Shown here in pieces: positions 62,480 through 64,000 of a DNA stretch of 64,000 bases. This stretch comes from Candidatus Merdivicinus excrementipullorum (GTDB lineage Bacteria; Bacillota; Clostridia; Oscillospirales; Ruminococcaceae), in NCBI GenBank assembly GCA_018716725.1, contig DVJP01000030.1, positions 17,407 to 81,406 on the forward strand, written 5' to 3'. Within the stretch, counting starts at the first letter, position 1; every line of letters starts with the position of its first letter. The position numbers were made by a program, and so were the translations under genes. The notes beneath the pieces were generated by a model. That model was not told the origin of the DNA. It saw nothing but the letters and a program-made list of their open reading frames with translations, and did no database searches.

Positions 62480-63637
62480 TCAACCTTTGGGAAGGCCAAA
62501 TTTCTTAATTTTTTGGATTTCGGTTAAAAATTGCGCGATTTGCTGGGGGGTGTTGAAATGGGAAGGGGAGAACCGGACCGCCCCCTGCTTCTGGGTCCCC
62601 AGGGTGCAGTGGGCCAGCCCCGCGCAGTGGAAGCCGCCTCGCAGGGCGAATCCCCGCCTGTTCAGGTAAGCGGCAACCTCCTCGGAAGGGAAGTCCCCTA
62701 CGTTGAAGCTGACGATAGGCGCTTTTTCCCCCATGCGGAAGCTTTCCGCCAGGAGCTTTACATGGGGCATCCGGGACAGCTCCCGGTAAACCCAGGCGCA
62801 GTAATCCATTTCCCGGCGGTAAATCCGCCCGATGCCCCTGGCGTTTAAATAGTCCATGCCGGCCCCCATGGAAAGGACGCCCACGGTGTTTATGGTGCCG
62901 CTTTCCAACCGGTCCGGGTAAAAGTCCGGCTGCTCCAAATCCAAAGACGCGCTGCCGGTGCCCCCTTCCAGGATGGTGGCCAGCTCCACCCCTTCCCCCA
63001 GGATAAGAAGGCCGGTGCCGGTGGTGCCGAAAAGCCCCTTGTGCCCGGCGGCGCAGAGGATGTCGATACCTAAGTTTTCCATATGGATGGGGAAAATCCC
63101 GGCCCCCTGGGCGGCGTCCACTAAAAAGAGAATGCCGTTTTCCCGGCACATGGCCCCGATTTCCCGGATGGGCAGGACCGTTCCGGACAGGTTGGAGGCG
63201 TAAGTGCAGATAACAAGCCTCGTATCCTGCCGCAGTTCGCTGCGGAAATTCTGGACCGTGCGTTCCGGGTCCAGCTCCTCCACCCGGGCGATGGAGTACT
63301 GCACCTCCCCGGTTTTGCTCATGGCATGGACCGGCCGGATGGCGGAATTGTGCTCCATGGAGGACAGGACCACATGGCCGCCGCCGGCCATAGCCCCTTT
63401 GATGGCCATATTTAACGCCATGGTGCAGTTTAAGGTGAAAATTACATTTTCCGGCTGGGCGCCGAACATAGCGGCGGCCTTTTCCCGAACGCTGAAAACC
63501 TTGGCCGCCGCCCGCATGGAAATATTGTGGCCGCTGCGTCCCGGGTTGCCGCCGTAAAACCGGATGGCCTCTGCCGCCGCCCGCTGAACCTGGAACGGTT
63601 TTGGGAAGCTGGTGGCCGCGTTGTCAAAATAGACCAT
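62480..63637 (-). CDS. class V aminotransferase-fold cysteine desulfurase-like enzyme
   Basis: Start at MVYFDNAATS. PLP lysine in AAGHKGL and C-terminal GGFHCAG active-site Cys. Confidence 0.8.
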   Translation of the reverse strand: MVYFDNAATSFPKPFQVQRAAAEAIRFYGGNPGRSGHNISMRAAAKVFSVREKAAAMFGAQPENVIFTLNCTMALNMAIKGAMAGGGHVVLSSMEHNSAIRPVHAMSKTGEVQYSIARVEELDPERTVQNFRSELRQDTRLVICTYASNLSGTVLPIREIGAMCRENGILFLVDAAQGAGIFPIHMENLGIDILCAAGHKGLFGTTGTGLLILGEGVELATILEGGTGSASLDLEQPDFYPDRLESGTINTVGVLSMGAGMDYLNARGIGRIYRREMDYCAWVYRELSRMPHVKLLAESFRMGEKAPIVSFNVGDFPSEEVAAYLNRRGFALRGGFHCAGLAHCTLGTQKQGAVRFSPSHFNTPQQIAQFLTEIQKIKKFGLPKG

Positions 63638-63682
63638 GCCAAAAACCTTCCTTTCCGGGGAGGGGAGCAATGGAAGGGCGGG

Positions 63683-63904
63683 TCAGTTTTTCTGAACAGT
63701 CCCCAGGACCCGGATACCGTTTTTTTGCAGCAGGTCCGCCGCCGTCCGGCCGTCGCCGGAAACCGCCAGGCTGTAGCTGCATCCCCGCTTGGCGTATTCC
63801 TCCGGAGTGCGGAGGATGGTGCTGCGGATGCCGGCCTTTTCCAAGACCCGCTGGCCTTTATAGGCGTAGGTGACGGAACGGAGTATCAGAATAGCTTTCT
63901 CCAT
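63683..63904 (-). CDS. DUF3343-like small protein (putative S/Se carrier-like)
   Basis: 73 aa with a GGAGGGA RBS, immediately upstream of the desulfurase. Family assignment is from memory of the fold pattern. Confidence 0.5.
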   Translation of the reverse strand: MEKAILILRSVTYAYKGQRVLEKAGIRSTILRTPEEYAKRGCSYSLAVSGDGRTAADLLQKNGIRVLGTVQKN

Positions 63905-64000
63905 TGGCTGTCCCTCCGATATGGTGGATTTTGAGGGAAACCCCCTCGGGACAGTATATGCATCCGGCGGCGCCCCTGGTTCCCGTTTTATTTTTCGTCC

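Overview
High-GC Firmicutes/Clostridia-type chromosomal segment; the lineage call is inferred from gene content (PFL, ThiT/ECF, CdaA-CdaR, anaerobic cbi genes). The window is almost fully coding. (1) 1-12.4 kb is one co-directional anaerobic cobalamin/tetrapyrrole operon: cbiL(partial)-cbiF-cbiG-cbiH-cbiD-[CPCC]cbiE/T-hemA-sirC-hemC/cobA/hemD-hemB-hemL, followed by tRNA-Pro(GGG). (2) 13-22.5 kb is a visibly AT-richer accessory locus with two URO-D-like enzymes, an AraC regulator, a lipoprotein SBP plus two permeases, and a membrane-anchored AraC regulator. (3) 23-32.7 kb holds GNAT, MoxR-DUF58-polytopic membrane protein, IMPase, HAD phosphatase, XRE-TM, a secreted EEP nuclease/phosphatase and an alpha/beta hydrolase. 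(4) 32.8-43.2 kb holds glyA, a ZTP riboswitch, pflB, pflA, an orphan OppA-like SBP, a SAM methyltransferase, rpsO and pnp. (5) 43.3-48.9 kb is a MacB/FtsX-type exporter with a membrane-fusion protein, a 953-aa double-FtsX permease and two different ATPases. (6) 49-54.1 kb holds AraC, two more URO-D-like genes, an HD hydrolase and a small RHH cassette. (7) 54.1-57.7 kb holds repeat-dense DNA plus a second MFP-FtsX pair that has no ATPase. (8) 57.7-64 kb holds thiT with a TPP riboswitch, a COG2509-like flavoprotein, cdaR, cdaA, a cysteine desulfurase-like gene and a DUF3343-like gene. No CRISPR array, cas genes, integrase, transposase or rRNA were seen. The most unusual signal is non-coding: a family of mosaic multi-hairpin elements. 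Three related copies lie co-oriented with the flanking genes at 2.2, 36.6 and 57.3 kb, and REP/BIME-like hairpins and tandem units lie at 51-55 kb. Stems covary between copies, and one copy is bracketed by a perfect 30-bp duplication of a whole bidirectional terminator hairpin. Other points worth follow-up are a CPCC-CbiET fusion, a HemC-CobA-HemD triple fusion, four URO-D-like paralogues beside AraC regulators, an ABC ATPase with an AbrB/SpoVT-like tail, and a candidate antisense sRNA in the RHH cassette.
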